Positions 60,556 through 64,000 of a stretch of DNA of 64,000 nucleotides are shown piece by piece (position 1 is the first letter of the stretch; every line of letters begins with the position of its first letter). Source of the DNA: Phoronis australis (Eukaryota > Animalia > Phoronida); contig NMRA01000132.1 in assembly GCA_002633005.1 (NCBI GenBank), positions 802,585 through 866,584 of the forward strand, in the 5' to 3' direction. The notes beneath the pieces are model-generated. The model did not search any database and had not been told where the DNA came from. It saw only the letters and a list, made by a program, of their open reading frames with translations. Both the position numbers and the translations under genes were made by a program.

Positions 60556-63500
60556 GAGAATAGTAGTGTTGGTGATGATATCAGAGTTGTGGTTTGAAAT
60601 TCATTAATTAAAACTTTGTGCTGAAGAATCTGTTATGCGTGTTGACGAACAATGAGGTTTCAAACTGTGAAATATAGCTGTCCAACATAATTTAGACACT
60701 GATGAAACCAGCTGCGATTGAACCTTTTGCCAAAAAGACTAACTTTTGATTTAAGAAGAGGTGGCTCGTGGAGCGTTTTATTCTCACATAAGCAAATAAA
60801 GACATTTCTGGGCTAGGGAAGAACTAACCGTTATTGCTTGAGGCCTTGCTAAGTTTATGAAGTGACCCTGTTGGTCAAGTCAGTTTATAAAACTTGAGTT
60901 GGTGACCACCACATGTTACTCTTAATTTAAAAATTGACCAGAACACCTGAATTTGAAAAACTACTCTAAACTGTGGCATGTGATTGTCAATATGTATGTC
61001 AGCATCCTTTTTTGTGAAAACTGCTGCGTGTATGATGAGGAAATTTGTTGGGATTGTGGTGGCACCATCAACTTGAAGAGGGAATTGGCTATAGTCAATT
61101 GTTCACGAAATTGCGAGGAATTTTTCCGAAACTTGAGGCTGGGATATGTGGTGGCAATAGGCTGGCACCAGTCGATTTTTGAGGGATTCCACTACCAACC
61201 CTTTCTTCCTCTGTTGGCAGTTTTACTTGCCACAGGAAATAAATTCCTTTTACATCAATGTTTTGCGAAGTGACGACGAATTGCGAACTAACTTCACAAG
61301 TATTCGGTTTAATTGCAACACCAGGAGTCGCTTTTCAGGTCGAGTTGACTACCCTACCACCCCTGTTGGCAATTTTACTTTTGACAACAGTGTGTCGATT
61401 ATTTTCGTGAGGGCTGTACAGATTTTGGTGAAACTTGACGTAAAGGTTGGTGGTTGGGATTCGTTGACACTAATCGAACTCCATGTGAATTTGACTACTA
61501 AAATTGCACCCCCTGTTGATCGTTATTGTTTTTAACAAGATTCCGCTGTCAAAATATGTCAGATTTTGACGAAATTTGGATAGATGATGAATATGAGTCC
61601 GAAGCCAGTCGATTATCACACAGATTGGACTGCAGTACTGTAGTTAGGCCATTTTGGTTGGATATTTCTTGTTAAGTGAATAATGTCCACACTTGCAAGG
61701 TTTTCATAGAACTTGACTTGGATAATTACGATGGGTGTGCGTCGGTTGATGTTTGACCGATTTGGCTGCTGTAGCGTCCCTTTTGGCCATTTTAGTTTTT
61801 GTCAAGATATTTCTGGTCCCTGTTGTAACTGGTGGACGGATCTGTCGGTGAAACTTGACACAAGGATATAATTATTATGACTGGGTTGCGCCTCCACCAG
61901 TTGATTATTGGACTGATTACGCTCAGTGCTGTAGTGGGGCTTAGACGCATGTAGGCTCAGCCAACCACCTTTTTGGCATTTAAACGTAGCGCCTACGCAC
62001 CGTAAGTTACTTTATAGTGCGAATTCAGTGCTCGAGGTGATACGGTGGGCATTGGGCGCCTAGTTACCTCTAATTTTACCACTACAACACTCAAACGCTA
62101 CCGTTCGCTTCTTTGGTGACTGACATCGTTTGAGACCAATTTCTTTAGGGTTAGTGCACTGGGCCATATTTCCGACAGAAGGTGGTAGGTTCTTAGCAGC
62201 CTGTAATGTTTGTAAGTGGTAATTATCTCCGCTTGTGATCGTGCAAACAGTTGTATAACTTGTTTTCTTTAAAATGCACGTGAAGGTTATGTATTGAAAA
62301 ACGTAAACTTTATAATTATGCGAATAATATGTTTACAATTCATTTACTGTTTAATTTACTACTATGAGTGGGCCAAAGGTTTGAACGATCTTTGTTTTCG
62401 ACTTATAGCCAGGAGTACCTTTCATGGTTACTGGCAGGAATTCCGACTACATCAACACTATCCTTGGTGAAACGAAAATGATCTGAGCAGGAATACAGTC
62501 TTCGTGGTCAGCGTGGCCACTAGTTCACCCGAAGAACAATTCCTTCGCCATTTCCCCTTAGTATGTGGTTTTTAGTCTTTATCCTTTCCACAATTTTTAT
62601 TGCGCCCTGCTCGACGAGTGTGTATATTGACGACCAAATGTCCACGTGCTTGTCACATGAGCGAACGATAACAATGATGCCACCTGTTAAAAGCAGTTTC
62701 GGCTTGAAAGTAGGCGTTTGTTTTGGAGGGATTTCTTTGTTTTTGAAAACGTCTGAAATTATCCAGAATTCCAGCTGGACACGAGGGCAGGGACGATGAG
62801 CAATCTATAGTTTCTTTATTCCTACTCGGGGTGAAAACCATTCAAAACACCTTAGAGATCAAATCTACCAACCGGACCAAAATTAAGTCTGTATCCATAA
62901 ACTGGAGTGGTCCTTAGATATTGATCATTTTGGCGCGTGTGTCTATCTTACTGATCGGTACGCAGGCCCCCGGAACACCTTGGAATATTTTCGTGTGGCC
63001 AATCCCTCGTTGTTTCACATTAAATTACATTGTAGTTTAACTGGATCATATTCTGCAAATTGACTGAAAAGGTAATTCCAAGGCATGTGAACTGGGTACT
63101 AAACTGTTTTTTAAAATTTAAAAATTGTACTTCGTTTATCATTGGAACATGTGTTAATGCCTATCCATACACAAATAGTTGTTTTGATCTGTTGTTTTAC
63201 TATATGATAATTTTTGACAACTTATGACGGATTAGCGTTCTACGTCATTCTGCAGCTAAAGTTGTGCGATTTTTGCGTCGGCTTTCGGCGCCATAAAATA
63301 TTGAGTTTGAAATATTCAATACAGTTGTGGTATTGGAGACGGTAATTTTTTCTTCATCCTAGATATTAACTTTTGGTTGACTTGATGAAATTCCAGACAA
63401 GCTTCTCTTTATCGGCAGTTTGACCACTACAAAAGTAGTCCGACAACACCTCCGATGCCAATTAGTCGATAAATTTGAAATAACTTAATGGTCCTTTTTA

Positions 63501-64000
63501 AGAACAACATTAAGAAAATAATGATAATTTTCCGTACCTTCGCCAGGTGCTAAAAATGCAAATGATCCCCACGGGGACTATCGGTCACTGACGACGTCCA
63601 GAGAGTGTGAACTTATATTATGATTTATTCATATTCAAACTTTATCTGACATGTAAGTCATACTTACTTTCCACACCAAAACCTGGACAATGAAGCACTT
63701 GCTCTCCCAAGAATGCATCTTGTGTGACTTAGTTGGCATGCACATCAAAACTTGGTAGAATTTTGTTTTACGGGTATCAAGTGTTCAGAATATTTGTTTC
63801 CGTAATGGAGAAACTAAGGTAGATTGTTGATGTAATTACTTAAACATTGCTGAAAATACTATTGAAAATAAATTCCCAGATTTTCTCAGATTTTTAAGCA
63901 GACTGCCAATAATCCCGAGTCTAGGATACGTAACATTTTAAGAAATTTGGCACCGTTGGTATTTTGAAACGGCTGGTGGCTTTATTCGCACGTCTCTGGC

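Noticed and set aside
62400-64000. Possible further gene or LINE fragment at the right end
   Set aside because: Only short ORFs and isolated splice-like motifs; no recognisable domain or consistent exon chain.

Overview
AT-rich, intron-rich animal (invertebrate-like) genomic DNA, not prokaryotic. Three protein-coding genes were rebuilt by hand from GT-AG exons with consistent phases. (1) The 3' part of a GH63 / YMR196W-like glycoside hydrolase (+, 1..11475, 15 exons, 5' end outside the window). (2) eIF4H (-, 31465..18179, 7 coding exons, about 280 aa), with probable introns in its 3' UTR. (3) MYBBP1A/Pol5 (+, 31672..60555, 30 exons, about 1471 aa), head-to-head with eIF4H across 206 bp containing an NRF1 palindrome. 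MYBBP1A introns host an amplified snoRNA cluster: 4 intact plus 1 degenerate SNORD57-type C/D snoRNAs (18S Am99) and 3 copies of a C/D-like RNA antisense to the 28S peptidyl-transferase region. eIF4H intron 1 holds a miniature LTR retroelement whose LTRs contain a tRNA-Glu-like core (LTR-PBS-PPT-LTR, Helenus/Cassandra-like), plus a third such LTR split by a MULE-type MITE. Also present: several MITEs (5-, 6-, 8- and 9-bp TSDs), a Helitron/Helentron-like element, a THAP remnant, a 1.9-kb 42-bp minisatellite with a higher-order period, and a probable haplotype-overlap assembly artefact at N 15059. All family assignments come from recalled motifs; no database search was run.
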